Source: Candidatus Latescibacterota bacterium
GTDB lineage: Bacteria > Latescibacterota > UBA2968
Assembly (NCBI GenBank): GCA_965222605.1
Contig: OZ244960.1
Span: 2,560,001 to 2,624,000, forward strand
Length of the DNA stretch: 64,000 nt
Direction of reading: 5' to 3'
A program made the position numbers and the translations under genes. Numbering within the stretch: position 1 is the first letter of the stretch; every line of letters begins with the position of its first letter. The notes beneath the pieces are model-generated. The model did not search any database and was not told the DNA's origin. It saw only the letters and a program-made list of their open reading frames with translations. Positions 48,020-57,433 of this stretch are shown here, piece after piece.

Positions 48020-49339
48020 TCAATCCATCAAATACCGGGGAAGAGAAGTCGCCATCTCGGGAAAGGCAATAACGAGCGTCAGCCCAATAAGCTGAATAAT
48101 AACAAACGGAATAATCCCGCGATAAATATGTCCCGTGCGGACTTCGGGCGGAGCAACCCCCTTCAGATAGAAAAGCGAAAAACCAAAAGGAGGCGTCAAA
48201 AAAGAAGTCTGCAAATTCATCGCAATCAGAATACCCAACCACAGAAGATCCACACCTAACGCCACAAAAATAGGCGCCACAACCGGAACAATAATAAACG
48301 TAATCTCGATAAAATCGATAAAAAATCCCGCCACAAAAATCATAACCATCACAAGCGCGAGAAACGCCCCTGGACTCATATTTGCCGAAAGAATGAGATT
48401 GGTCAAATAAGCATCGCCGCGCATACCGCGAAACACCAGACCAAACGCCGTGGCACCTATTAGAATAACAAAAACCATACAGGTCAGATGGGTCGTCTCC
48501 ACCATCACGGACTTCAGCGTCGCATAAGAGAACTTCTTTTGCACCACCGTCAAAAGCGTCGCGCCAAACGCACCCACCGCTGCCGCCTCAGTAGGAGAAG
48601 CAATCCCCGCAAAAATAGAACCGAGCACCGCAACAACGAGAACAGCCGGCAGAACAAACGCCTGAAAAACGCGCCGCACCATCGCCCTGCCGTGAAACTG
48701 GGCGAGTTCTTCCTCCGGCATAGCCGGTGCCCAATCGGACTTAAAAATCGCGACCAAAATGAGATAAACCACATAAAGACCCACCAGAACAAAGCCCGGC
48801 ACCACAGCACCCACAAACATATCGCCGATAGACACATTGAGAACACTACCCAACAGCACCAGCACAATACTCGGAGGAATAATCTGCCCCAAAGTACCCG
48901 ACGCCGAAATCGTCCCCGTCGCCACCTCTGCCCGGTATCCCCGCTTCAGCATCGTTGGCAAACTCAGCAAACCCATCGTAACCACAGTCGCCCCAACAAT
49001 ACCCGTAGAAGCCCCGAACAGCGCCCCCACAGCAACCACAGAAATCGCCAGCCCCCCGCGCAAATGACCAAAAAGCAAAGCCATTGTCTCCAGCAAATTC
49101 TCAGCCAACCCGGACTTCTCCAGCATCACCCCCATAAACACAAACAAAGGCACGGCAATCAGCACATAATTGGTCATCACGCCCCAGATACGCAGGGGCA
49201 AAAGATTGAAAAAATCGGCACCAAACGTCAAATATCCCAAAATAAAAGAAACACCACCGAGCGTAAACGCAACGGGAAAACCGAGCAAAAGCAGAAGAAA
49301 AAGAACGCCAAACAAAATCAGGGGCATCGCCTCGATCAT
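48020..49339 (-). CDS. dctM: TRAP transporter large permease
   Basis: GFPVAFTLGG, ASGTLGQIIPPSI, GIASPTEAAAVG, NLQTSFLTPPFG. Confidence 0.93.
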   Translation of the reverse strand: MIEAMPLILFGVLFLLLLLGFPVAFTLGGVSFILGYLTFGADFFNLLPLRIWGVMTNYVLIAVPLFVFMGVMLEKSGLAENLLETMALLFGHLRGGLAISVVAVGALFGASTGIVGATVVTMGLLSLPTMLKRGYRAEVATGTISASGTLGQIIPPSIVLVLLGSVLNVSIGDMFVGAVVPGFVLVGLYVVYLILVAIFKSDWAPAMPEEELAQFHGRAMVRRVFQAFVLPAVLVVAVLGSIFAGIASPTEAAAVGAFGATLLTVVQKKFSYATLKSVMVETTHLTCMVFVILIGATAFGLVFRGMRGDAYLTNLILSANMSPGAFLALVMVMIFVAGFFIDFIEITFIIVPVVAPIFVALGVDLLWLGILIAMNLQTSFLTPPFGFSLFYLKGVAPPEVRTGHIYRGIIPFVIIQLIGLTLVIAFPEMATSLPRYLMD

Positions 49340-49860
49340 CCATCCACCTCCTCATCCCAACCGCGGACCCCCAGCAAAGACCGACACGCCAGACCCAAAC
49401 CCTGTAGCAAAAGCAGAACAAAACCTGCGGGAATAGCCGCCTTCAGCACCCACCGCGCGGGCAACCCCCCCGGATCGGGTGACGTCTCCCCAAAGTGGAA
49501 TGCACTAACCACAAAATGCTGTGAACTCACAATTACAATAATGCAAAACGGAATCAAAAACAGAACACTGCCAATCAAATTCACCCACGCCTTTTTGCGA
49601 GCAGAAAACCGGCTATAGAACACATCCACGCGCACGTGCTGATCGTGCTTGAGCGAATAAGCAGCGCCAATGAGAAAAATCAGCGCGAACAAATGCCATT
49701 CCAATTCCTGAACAGCAACCAGACTATTCTTCAGCAAATACCGGGTAAAAACATCGTAACACACCACCGCCACCAGCACAGCCGTAAGCCACGCGACAAC
49801 ACGCCCAACGCGCTCATTTAATCCATCGACAAATCGAATATATGCTCTCAACACCTGCAA
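49336..49860 (-). CDS. dctQ: TRAP transporter small permease
   Basis: QELEWHLF, HVRVDVFY, ETSPDPGGLP. TTG start after CAGGAG. Confidence 0.92.
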   Translation of the reverse strand: MQVLRAYIRFVDGLNERVGRVVAWLTAVLVAVVCYDVFTRYLLKNSLVAVQELEWHLFALIFLIGAAYSLKHDQHVRVDVFYSRFSARKKAWVNLIGSVLFLIPFCIIVIVSSQHFVVSAFHFGETSPDPGGLPARWVLKAAIPAGFVLLLLQGLGLACRSLLGVRGWDEEVDG

Positions 49861-49893
49861 AATTGTCTCCTGAAACTTGCGTTCCCCAAGAAA

Positions 49894-50160
49894 TCATCCT
49901 TCCATCGCCTGCTGAATTTCATCTATAGATGGCTCATCACCAGGCTGCGTTTTTTGTAGAAAATCTCCAAATTTAGCGATCACAAGGTCAGGATTTTTTC
50001 CACTCAGACGACTTTTCATCCACTCGATAGTTTCATCTTGTTGGACAGCAGCTTGAAGCCAATAGTTTACCAGGGTGTTAAAAGACATATTTTTCTTTTT
50101 TGCCAGCCGCATCGCTTTGTCCTTTAGTTCGTCCGGCAATCGTACAGAAATCGCGCTCAT
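49894..50160 (-). CDS. Ribbon-helix-helix antitoxin
   Basis: MSAISVRLPDELK..A..LAKK..MSFNTLV. GGAG RBS. Confidence 0.8.
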   Translation of the reverse strand: MSAISVRLPDELKDKAMRLAKKKNMSFNTLVNYWLQAAVQQDETIEWMKSRLSGKNPDLVIAKFGDFLQKTQPGDEPSIDEIQQAMEG

Positions 50161-50176
50161 GGTCTGTCTCCATTGG

Positions 50177-50611
50177 CTATAGATACAGGTCACAGAACTG
50201 TTGAGGGGTCAAAACCACAAGGTCTGGAAATTTCAACTCACCCATTCTAAAGTCTGTGATATTTTTAGTTATCACTAAAGCGTTGGTTGCAACAGCCGCT
50301 TCTAATACAAAATTGTCTTCTTCATCGGGTAGGTTTGGACGCCATAAATAAAAGACTTCAGATCGATAGGCCAGTGCCAGCAATGCGTCCAAAACAAATA
50401 CAATTTCTTCTTTACTGGCACCTATTAATTTGAGGATACTTCTTCTCGTCAAGACCGATTCATATTCAAGATACAGCTTTTGTGTTAAAACCAATGGAAT
50501 GGCTGCCTTTTGAATATTCTGAAGAATTTTGAAACTGGGAGAGTCTATGCGGCGACATAGTCCAGCTACAAGCACATTTGTATCGAGAACGACCAGCGGC
50601 GGCGTTGCCAA
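50177..50611 (-). CDS. PIN-domain toxin
   Basis: VVLDTNVLVAG, LEYESVL, WRPNLPDEEDNFVLEAA, ITKNITDF. TTG start inferred. Confidence 0.85.
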   Translation of the reverse strand: MATPPLVVLDTNVLVAGLCRRIDSPSFKILQNIQKAAIPLVLTQKLYLEYESVLTRRSILKLIGASKEEIVFVLDALLALAYRSEVFYLWRPNLPDEEDNFVLEAAVATNALVITKNITDFRMGELKFPDLVVLTPQQFCDLYL

Positions 50612-50701
50612 GTTATCATCCCTTAAGCGATAGGTGGTTGCTTGCGTAACGCCAGTAATATAAATAAATTCGTATTGTATAAGACAAAAAACGGATTCAA
50701 C

Positions 50702-50772
50702 GGGCGGGCACGGGGACCCGCCCCTACATTTACAAACACTGGATCGCGGCTCAACATCATGCCGCGATGACG
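50702..50772. repeat. REP cluster (GTAG plus CGTC)
   Basis: GGGCGGGCACGGGGACCCGCCCCTAC; GGATCGCGGC..GCCGCGATGACG. Confidence 0.8.
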
Positions 50773-50960
50773 GCGCTGTTGAATGATTCACACAGCAAGC
50801 GGCAAAATAATGATCCTTGATATAGAATTATTTTTCGTGTAATTTCAAAATGACAAATTAAATTTACACAAAAATTGCGCCCATGAATTATCGTTCTCGA
50901 CAAGCGGTGTTCGTATTTGCAACTGGTCAAATTATCTCACCCAAAAAAAGGAGTAACCCC

Positions 50961-52391
50961 ATGTCAAAACAACCGAACATCCTCCTCTTCATCAGCGACC
51001 AACAGCGAACAGACACCTTAAAATGTTACGGCAACGACTGGATACAATCGCCGCATCAAGACGCCCTCGCAGAGCGCAGCTTCGTCTTTGAAAACACCTA
51101 CGTCACACAACCCGTATGCACCCCTGCGCGCGGGTCCTTAATGACCGGCCTGTACCCGCACAATCACGAATGCATGGTCAACCGCGATATATTGCGCGAC
51201 GAAATCTCATCCATCGCAGAAATGCTACCCGACACCTATCGAAAAGCCATGTTTGGAAAATGGCATCTCGGCGACGACTCCGTGCGGCAGCACGGCTTTG
51301 ACGAATGGATCAGCACCGAAGACGACCACCGCAACAAATATTCCCGCCCTGGCCTGCCCTTCAGCAGCTATTACTACTGGATGAAAGAACAGGGCATAGA
51401 ACCCCAAAACAACAGCGCCACCGGAGAAATCATCTTCTCACCGCGCCAGCGATCACAACTACCCCCAGAATACCAGATGGCCACCTTTATCGCAAACCAC
51501 TCAGACCGATTCATCCGAGAAAACACAGACCGCCCGTGGTTGCTCGTATTCAGCACATTTGAGCCACATCCCCCCATGACCGGACCTTATGACGGCATGT
51601 ACGACCCCGATACCTTACCAGTCGGCCCCACCTTCATGAAAAAACCAGAAGGACACGCCTTATTTAACCGCGCACGCGCAGAACACTACCTCAGCAACAG
51701 GGTTGAAGGCGAAGACCTGCGCGCAGAAAAATCCTGGCGAAAACTGCGGGCGCAATACTACGGCAACGTAAAAATCATCGACGACGCCATAGGCCGCATG
51801 GTACAGGCACTGGAAGAAACCGGACAAATGGAAAACACCATCTTTGCCGTCACCAGCGACCACGGTGAAATGGCAGGCGACCATGCCATGCTGGAAAAAC
51901 GCGCATTCTACGAAGAATCTGCACGCGTACCCATGATATTGAGCGCCCCCTATCTCACCCAGTCGCAAAAGCGCATCGACGGCGTCTTTGGACACGCGGA
52001 CCTGATCGCCACCCTTGTGGAACTGGCCAATCAGCCGCTACCAGAATCCCTTCCGGGCCGCCCGTGTGCCGACGTCTTAAACGGCGAAGCCAACCTGCGC
52101 GATCACACCGCATTCATGGAATGGAACGGCATTGGCGACCGCAACCTGGGCAACCCCAAAATCAACCTCATGGCCACCTTACCCTGGCGCTGTGCCGTAA
52201 CCGGAGACCGGTGGAAACTCAACTTATGTGCCGGTGACCAGTGCGAATTATTCGACCTGAACAACGACCCCTATGAAGAAACCAACCTATTTGACGACCC
52301 TGCTCACCGCGACCGGGCGCGAGAAATCGCAGCCCGCATTCGCCTGTGGCAACACGAAACAAACGACCACGCGCCCTTGCCTGGGGTATAA
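50961..52391 (+). CDS. Cys-type sulfatase
   Basis: QPNILLFISDQQR, CTPARGSLMTG, GKWHLG, SDHGEMAGDH. AAGGAG RBS. Confidence 0.92.
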   Translation: MSKQPNILLFISDQQRTDTLKCYGNDWIQSPHQDALAERSFVFENTYVTQPVCTPARGSLMTGLYPHNHECMVNRDILRDEISSIAEMLPDTYRKAMFGKWHLGDDSVRQHGFDEWISTEDDHRNKYSRPGLPFSSYYYWMKEQGIEPQNNSATGEIIFSPRQRSQLPPEYQMATFIANHSDRFIRENTDRPWLLVFSTFEPHPPMTGPYDGMYDPDTLPVGPTFMKKPEGHALFNRARAEHYLSNRVEGEDLRAEKSWRKLRAQYYGNVKIIDDAIGRMVQALEETGQMENTIFAVTSDHGEMAGDHAMLEKRAFYEESARVPMILSAPYLTQSQKRIDGVFGHADLIATLVELANQPLPESLPGRPCADVLNGEANLRDHTAFMEWNGIGDRNLGNPKINLMATLPWRCAVTGDRWKLNLCAGDQCELFDLNNDPYEETNLFDDPAHRDRAREIAARIRLWQHETNDHAPLPGV

Positions 52392-52393
52392 GC

Positions 52394-52433
52394 GGGACGG
52401 CACACGTAGGGGCGAGGCATGCCTCGCCCCTAC
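52394..52433. repeat. Perfect GTAG-flanked palindrome REP
   Basis: GTAGGGGCGAGGCATGCCTCGCCCCTAC at 52406-52433. Confidence 0.85.
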
Positions 52434-52665
52434 ACGGATTAACAATATCTCTACCTTTACAATTTAGCTTGCAAATAAGCAAAGAATGACTATATTGCAT
52501 ATTGAGTGAGAATGCGGAATTGTGGGTATCGCAGAGCTTCCCCTATCTCTGCTAACTGTGCCCTCCCTTCGAGTATCTCGCTTTTTTTCCCTCTTATTCG
52601 TTCCGACTCTCTGTTTGTATCAGAGAGCGGTGTAGTGTGTTTTACACCTGTTAAGGAATCCCGCA

Positions 52666-52881
52666 ATGGACGACACGGCATTGTTGAAACTGCTGGCGGC
52701 TGGGATTGGCGAAGAAGTTGCTGCGACACAATTGAACATTTCTCCCCAACAAGTCAAAGGACGAATTAGAGAATATTTGCATGCAGGCATCTTGAATTGC
52801 AATGGCGAACGCGAAACCATCAATTGGAAAGCCTTTGGCAAATGGAAAAAACTGGCACAAACAGTTGAAACCGTGCAATAA
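52666..52881 (+). CDS. Small HTH protein (LuxR-like)
   Basis: LLKLLAAG..EEVAATQLNISPQQVKGRI. AAGGA RBS. Confidence 0.65.
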   Translation: MDDTALLKLLAAGIGEEVAATQLNISPQQVKGRIREYLHAGILNCNGERETINWKAFGKWKKLAQTVETVQ

Positions 52882-52912
52882 AAAAAGCCAAAACGGACTT
52901 AAATAATAAGGT

Positions 52913-52946
52913 GGGCAGTCGCCAGTGTGCAACTGCCCGTTTTTTA
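52913..52946 (+). terminator. Intrinsic terminator after the HTH gene
   Basis: GGGCAGT-12-ACTGCCC followed by GTTTTTT. Confidence 0.6.
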
Positions 52947-52961
52947 TCGGGAGAAAAAAGG

Positions 52962-54176
52962 TTGAGAACTGGTAGATGGTATAAATCCCTTTTCCTTTTC
53001 TTTCTGGTACACTTCGCGACATCTGTCTCAGCGACACAGGTACAAATGGGTGTAGATGTATTCCTGGAAAACCACACCCATCTGGTAACAAACGCACGGG
53101 TCGGATTGATCACCAATCCCACGGGACGCACAGCAACAGGCATCACAACCGTCAATGCCCTGAAACAGCACCCCGACGTAAATCTCGTCGCACTATTTGC
53201 ACTTGAACACGGAATCAAAGCAAAAACAAAAGCCGGCGAACATGTGCGCGACACGCAAATCGACAGCTTGCCCGTATATTCGCTCTACGGAAGCGGCCGC
53301 TCCATAGAATCCGCATTGGACAAAATCGATGTCATAATCTACGACATACAGGATGTGGGAAGCAGAGCCTATACCTACATCTGGAGCCTGGTCAAAATCC
53401 TGAAAGCCGCGGGCGAACACGACAAGCGCGTCATCGTCCTCGACCGCCCCAATCCCCTCGGCGGGCGAACAGTAGATGGTCCCATAACCGAAGAAAAATG
53501 GCTATCGTTAATTGGGGGGCTACATCCAGTACCCCGCGCGTATGGGCTTACAGTTGGAGAACTCGCGCGATATCTCAACCGGGAACACATGCTCGCGTGT
53601 TCCCTCACAGTCGTACCCATGGAAGGATACCAGCGCAACACGCGCTGGACAGACATCGGACGCGATTGGGTCCCTCCATCGCCCAATATCCCATCGCCCG
53701 AATCTGCCATAACCTTTGCCGCAACCGGAACCATGGGCGAACTGGGAACCTTACACATCGGCGTTGGAACCGACATGCCCTTTCAAATCGTCGGCGCGCC
53801 GTGGATCAACGCAGAAAAAACAGCCCGTGACCTGAACGCCATGCAACTGCCCGGCGTACAATTTCAACCCATAACACTTGTACCCGACACCTATCTCTTT
53901 CGCAACCAAAAAATAGAAGCTATATTTCTGGACATAACAGACCCCATCGCCTTTCGCCCAACGCGCACAGAAGTAGCCATACTCGCCCATCTTGTGGCAA
54001 CATATCCCGAATTCAAAATCCCAAAAGACCGGTATAGCCGATTCGACCGCCCTATGGGAACCAGCACCGTGCGCGAAGCCCTCTTAAAAGGCCACACCGC
54101 GAAAAAAATTTGGGAACATTGGGAATCGGAATTGGAGGAATTTTCCACCGCGCGGGAAAATTACTTGTTGTATTAA
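52962..54176 (+). CDS. namZ: DUF1343 exo-beta-N-acetylmuramidase (NamZ/YbbC)-like, secreted
   Basis: VGLITNPTG, LFALEHG, DIQDVGSRAYTY, VLDRPNPLGG, WVPPSPNIP. Start uncertain. Confidence 0.85.
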   Translation: MRTGRWYKSLFLFFLVHFATSVSATQVQMGVDVFLENHTHLVTNARVGLITNPTGRTATGITTVNALKQHPDVNLVALFALEHGIKAKTKAGEHVRDTQIDSLPVYSLYGSGRSIESALDKIDVIIYDIQDVGSRAYTYIWSLVKILKAAGEHDKRVIVLDRPNPLGGRTVDGPITEEKWLSLIGGLHPVPRAYGLTVGELARYLNREHMLACSLTVVPMEGYQRNTRWTDIGRDWVPPSPNIPSPESAITFAATGTMGELGTLHIGVGTDMPFQIVGAPWINAEKTARDLNAMQLPGVQFQPITLVPDTYLFRNQKIEAIFLDITDPIAFRPTRTEVAILAHLVATYPEFKIPKDRYSRFDRPMGTSTVREALLKGHTAKKIWEHWESELEEFSTARENYLLY

Positions 54177-54188
54177 AAGGAGCACCCC

Positions 54189-54812
54189 ATGCCCGGCATC
54201 ATCTTCTGGGATGTCGATACCCAATACGACTTCATCATGCCCGACGGCAAACTCTACGTCACCGCATCGGAAACGCGCTTGCCAAACCTCAAAAAACTCA
54301 CAGACCACGCAAGACAACGGGGCATCCCCATCTTCGGCTCGGTTGACAACCACCAGCCATCTGACCCCGAAATCTCCGACAACCCGGACTTCCTAAAAAC
54401 CTTTCCCCCCCACTGCATCGCCAGCACAGCCGGACAAAAAAAAGTACCCGAAACCCAACCGCAAAACCCCCTCTGGATCGACCCGCACACCTCGGGCGAC
54501 CTCATCAGCCAGGTACAAAAACACCGCGGTGAAATCATCTTTCGCAAACAGCGCTTCGACGTCTTCACCAACCCCAACGTCGAACCCGTACTCAACGCCA
54601 TCAAACCGGACCGCATCGTACTCTACGGCGTTGCCCTCGACGTCTGCAACGCCTATGCAATTCACGGCTTCTTAAAACGCAACACAGCACCCATCTATCT
54701 CGTCCTGGACGCCTCACAAGCCATCGACCCCAAACGCGGCGACCGCCTGGTAGCCGACTGGCAACAACAGGGCGTCAAAATCGTATCGACCGAACACATC
54801 GTCAACCCGTAA
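54189..54812 (+). CDS. Isochorismatase-family cysteine hydrolase (nicotinamidase-like)
   Basis: DVDTQYDF, DNH, FPPHC, FRK, GVALDVC. Confidence 0.85.
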   Translation: MPGIIFWDVDTQYDFIMPDGKLYVTASETRLPNLKKLTDHARQRGIPIFGSVDNHQPSDPEISDNPDFLKTFPPHCIASTAGQKKVPETQPQNPLWIDPHTSGDLISQVQKHRGEIIFRKQRFDVFTNPNVEPVLNAIKPDRIVLYGVALDVCNAYAIHGFLKRNTAPIYLVLDASQAIDPKRGDRLVADWQQQGVKIVSTEHIVNP

Positions 54813-54819
54813 CAAAAAC

Positions 54820-54886
54820 GGGCGGGCACGGGGACCCGCCCCTACAAACCACAACATCACCGTAGGGACGGTCCCTGTGCCGTCCC
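54820..54886. repeat. REP-spacer-REP composite, also present at 60781-60847
   Basis: ..CCCCTAC AAACCACAACATCACC GTAGGG..; the same spacer occurs in the dop-ubact cluster. Confidence 0.8.
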
Positions 54887-54915
54887 GAAATCATCAACAC
54901 ATAAAGATACCGCCT

Positions 54916-56700
54916 ATGAACGTCTTCCTCCGCCTCATCACCTATGTTCGCCCTTACCTCGGTCGCGTGTGCGTCGGCATCGGCGCCACCCTCGTCATTA
55001 TCGGCCTCGAAGCCGCGCAACCCCTGCTCATGCGCGAAGTCATCGACAACATATTAACCCCCTACTTCACAGAAGGGCGTTATATCGGCAACGACTTCTC
55101 CGACACAAAAATCGCAACCGACTTCGACCTCCTCCAATTCTACGCCCTGCTCCTGCTCGGCGTCTATATCCTCCACACCATCTTCAGCTTCATCAGCCGC
55201 TACTTACTCAACCGAACGGGCCAGGACATCCTCTTCAGCCTCCGCGTCCAGGTCTATGACCACCTCCAGCACCTGGGACTGCGCTTTTACAACGACCGCA
55301 GCACCGGCGAATTAATGTCCCGCGTAACCGCCGACGTCGAATCCCTCCAAAACACCATCACCGACACCCTGGAACGCGTACTCGTCAATATCGCAACCAT
55401 CCTCATCTTTGGCGGCATCCTCTTTGGACTCAGCTTTGAACTCGCCCTCATCACCCTATTACCCCTGCCGCTATACAGCCTACTCATCATCTTCTACAAC
55501 CGCACCGTGCGCCCCTATTACACCATGGCACGCGAGCGCATTGCCGACATCAGTGCCCTCCTGCAAGACAACCTCTCGGGCATCCGCGTCATCAAATGCT
55601 TTGCCCGAGAGGACCACGAACTCTCTCGCTTCACCCAAAAATGCAAAGCCTTCCTCACCATCAGCATCACCATCATCAAAACCCGCGTGGCTTTTTTCCC
55701 CGTTGCCCGATTGGTCATCTCAATGGGACCCCTCCTCATCCTCCTCTTTGGCGGGCGACAAATCATCTCGGGCGACCTCACCATCGGCACCCTCTTCGCC
55801 TTTCAAAGCTTTCTCTGGCGCTTCTACGGCCCCGTAGAAAGCCTCACCCGCATCAACGACACCATCGTGCGCGCAGCCGCCTCAGCGCGTCGCATTTTTG
55901 AAATACTGGACACCCAACCCGAAATAAAAGACACCCCCAATGCCCAAACTTATGGGCACCTGGACGGCCGCGTCGAATTTCAAAACGTCACCTTTGCCTA
56001 CGAGCATGGGCCACCCGTCCTCCACGACGTATCCCTCAACGTACAACCCGGCCAACTCATCGGCCTCGTTGGCCCCAGCGGCGCGGGCAAAACCACCATC
56101 ATCAACCTCATCTGCCGCTTCTACGACCCCGATTCTGGCGCCGTGCGCGTTGACGACCACGACCTCAAAAACATGCAACGCGCATCCTTGCGCAGCCAAA
56201 TAGGCATGGTCTTGCAAGAACCCTTCCTCTTCAATGGAACCATCCGCGAAAACATCGCCTATGGCAAACTCAACGCCACCGAAGCCGACATCATCAACGC
56301 CGCCATGATGGCCAACGCCCACGACTTTGTTTCCGGATTCCCCGACGCTTATGACACCCACATTGGCGAACGGGGCGTGCGCTTATCCGGCGGCGAAAAA
56401 CAGCGCATCTCCATAGCCCGCGCCATCCTCAACGACCCGCGCATCCTCATCCTGGACGAAGCCACATCCTCTGTTGACACCGAAACCGAAATGCTCATCC
56501 AAAACGCCCTTGAACGCCTCATGGAAAGCCGCACCACCTTTGCAATCGCCCACCGCTTATCCACTGTGCGCCGCGCCGACTGCCTCTACGTCATCGACCG
56601 CGGCAAAATCGTCGAATCGGGCACACACACCCAGCTACTCGCCAGTGACGGCCTCTACGCCCATTTGTGCGACATGCAATTCGCGCTTGAAGAGGCATGA
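54916..56700 (+). CDS. ABC exporter, fused TMD-NBD
   Basis: TM helices, GPSGAGKT, LSGGEKQR, ILDEATS, IAHRLST. Confidence 0.93.
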   Translation: MNVFLRLITYVRPYLGRVCVGIGATLVIIGLEAAQPLLMREVIDNILTPYFTEGRYIGNDFSDTKIATDFDLLQFYALLLLGVYILHTIFSFISRYLLNRTGQDILFSLRVQVYDHLQHLGLRFYNDRSTGELMSRVTADVESLQNTITDTLERVLVNIATILIFGGILFGLSFELALITLLPLPLYSLLIIFYNRTVRPYYTMARERIADISALLQDNLSGIRVIKCFAREDHELSRFTQKCKAFLTISITIIKTRVAFFPVARLVISMGPLLILLFGGRQIISGDLTIGTLFAFQSFLWRFYGPVESLTRINDTIVRAAASARRIFEILDTQPEIKDTPNAQTYGHLDGRVEFQNVTFAYEHGPPVLHDVSLNVQPGQLIGLVGPSGAGKTTIINLICRFYDPDSGAVRVDDHDLKNMQRASLRSQIGMVLQEPFLFNGTIRENIAYGKLNATEADIINAAMMANAHDFVSGFPDAYDTHIGERGVRLSGGEKQRISIARAILNDPRILILDEATSSVDTETEMLIQNALERLMESRTTFAIAHRLSTVRRADCLYVIDRGKIVESGTHTQLLASDGLYAHLCDMQFALEEA

Positions 56701-56701
56701 C

Positions 56702-57241
56702 ATGAACCTCATCACACAAAACCAACTCATTCCCCAGGCCATTGACATACGTCAAAACGGCGATGGCCTGCTCCTCTTCGCCGACGGTGAGGAACAGGCC
56801 ATAGATCGGGTGGTCCTTTGTTTTCCCTTTTCCACGCCCGACCAATGGATCAGTCTCCGCGACCGGGACGGAACCGAACTCGGCCTCTTGCCCACACTCG
56901 ACGGATTGAATGCACAAGCGCGGAAACTCATTGAAACGCACCTCAAAGGCCGCTACGACATCCCCAAAATCCAAACCATCCTCAACATCGAAAGCAGCAA
57001 AGAAGGCGGCACAGTCTGGGACATCGACACCGACGCGGGGCCCATGAGCTTCACAATCCGCGGCGACCAGAACCTCAACGCATTTCCCGAAATCGTATTC
57101 ACCGATGCCATAACGCGCAAACGCTACAAAATTTCCGACTACACCAAACTCGACCGCGCCAGCCAAAAAATCGCCCGTGCCTACCTGCCCATGGGCTCTC
57201 GTCACTACTCTGGGCGCCGCGGCGGCAGAAGCAGGAGGTAA
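56702..57241 (+). CDS. DUF1854-like protein
   Basis: VLCFPFSTPDQWISLRD.DGTELG, Y.IPKI..I, WDIDTDAG, LD..SQK. Directly follows the ABC gene. Confidence 0.7.
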   Translation: MNLITQNQLIPQAIDIRQNGDGLLLFADGEEQAIDRVVLCFPFSTPDQWISLRDRDGTELGLLPTLDGLNAQARKLIETHLKGRYDIPKIQTILNIESSKEGGTVWDIDTDAGPMSFTIRGDQNLNAFPEIVFTDAITRKRYKISDYTKLDRASQKIARAYLPMGSRHYSGRRGGRSRR

Positions 57242-57249
57242 AACAAAAA

Positions 57250-57356
57250 GGCCGACCACATGTGGTCGGCCCTACAACAACGGGCGGGCACGGGGACCCG
57301 CCCCTACAACACCCTGCCGCGATGACGAGTACGGGCGAGGCATGCCTCGCCCCTAC
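57250..57356. repeat. REP cluster (three GTAG variants plus a CGTC half)
   Basis: GGCCGACCACATGTGGTCGGCCCTAC; GGGCGGGCAC..CCTAC; GCCGCGATGACG; GGGCGAGGCATGCCTCGCCCCTAC. Confidence 0.85.
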
Positions 57357-57433
57357 ACCCTTCACACCCTTCACCCTTCACCCTTCACCCTTCACCCTTC
57401 ACCCTTCACCCTTCACCCTTCACCCCTTCACCC
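57356..57433. repeat. Heptamer microsatellite (CACCCTT)n, 8 perfect copies at 57365-57420 plus flanking variants
   Basis: Read directly; overlaps the last codons and TGA of pafA. Confidence 0.95.

Noticed and set aside
50612-50791. Extended N-termini of the PIN toxin, PhyH 13131, ABC 54877 and NamZ 52911 in the ORF track
   Set aside because: The extensions run through REP or terminator sequence; downstream starts match domain boundaries and mostly have RBSs.
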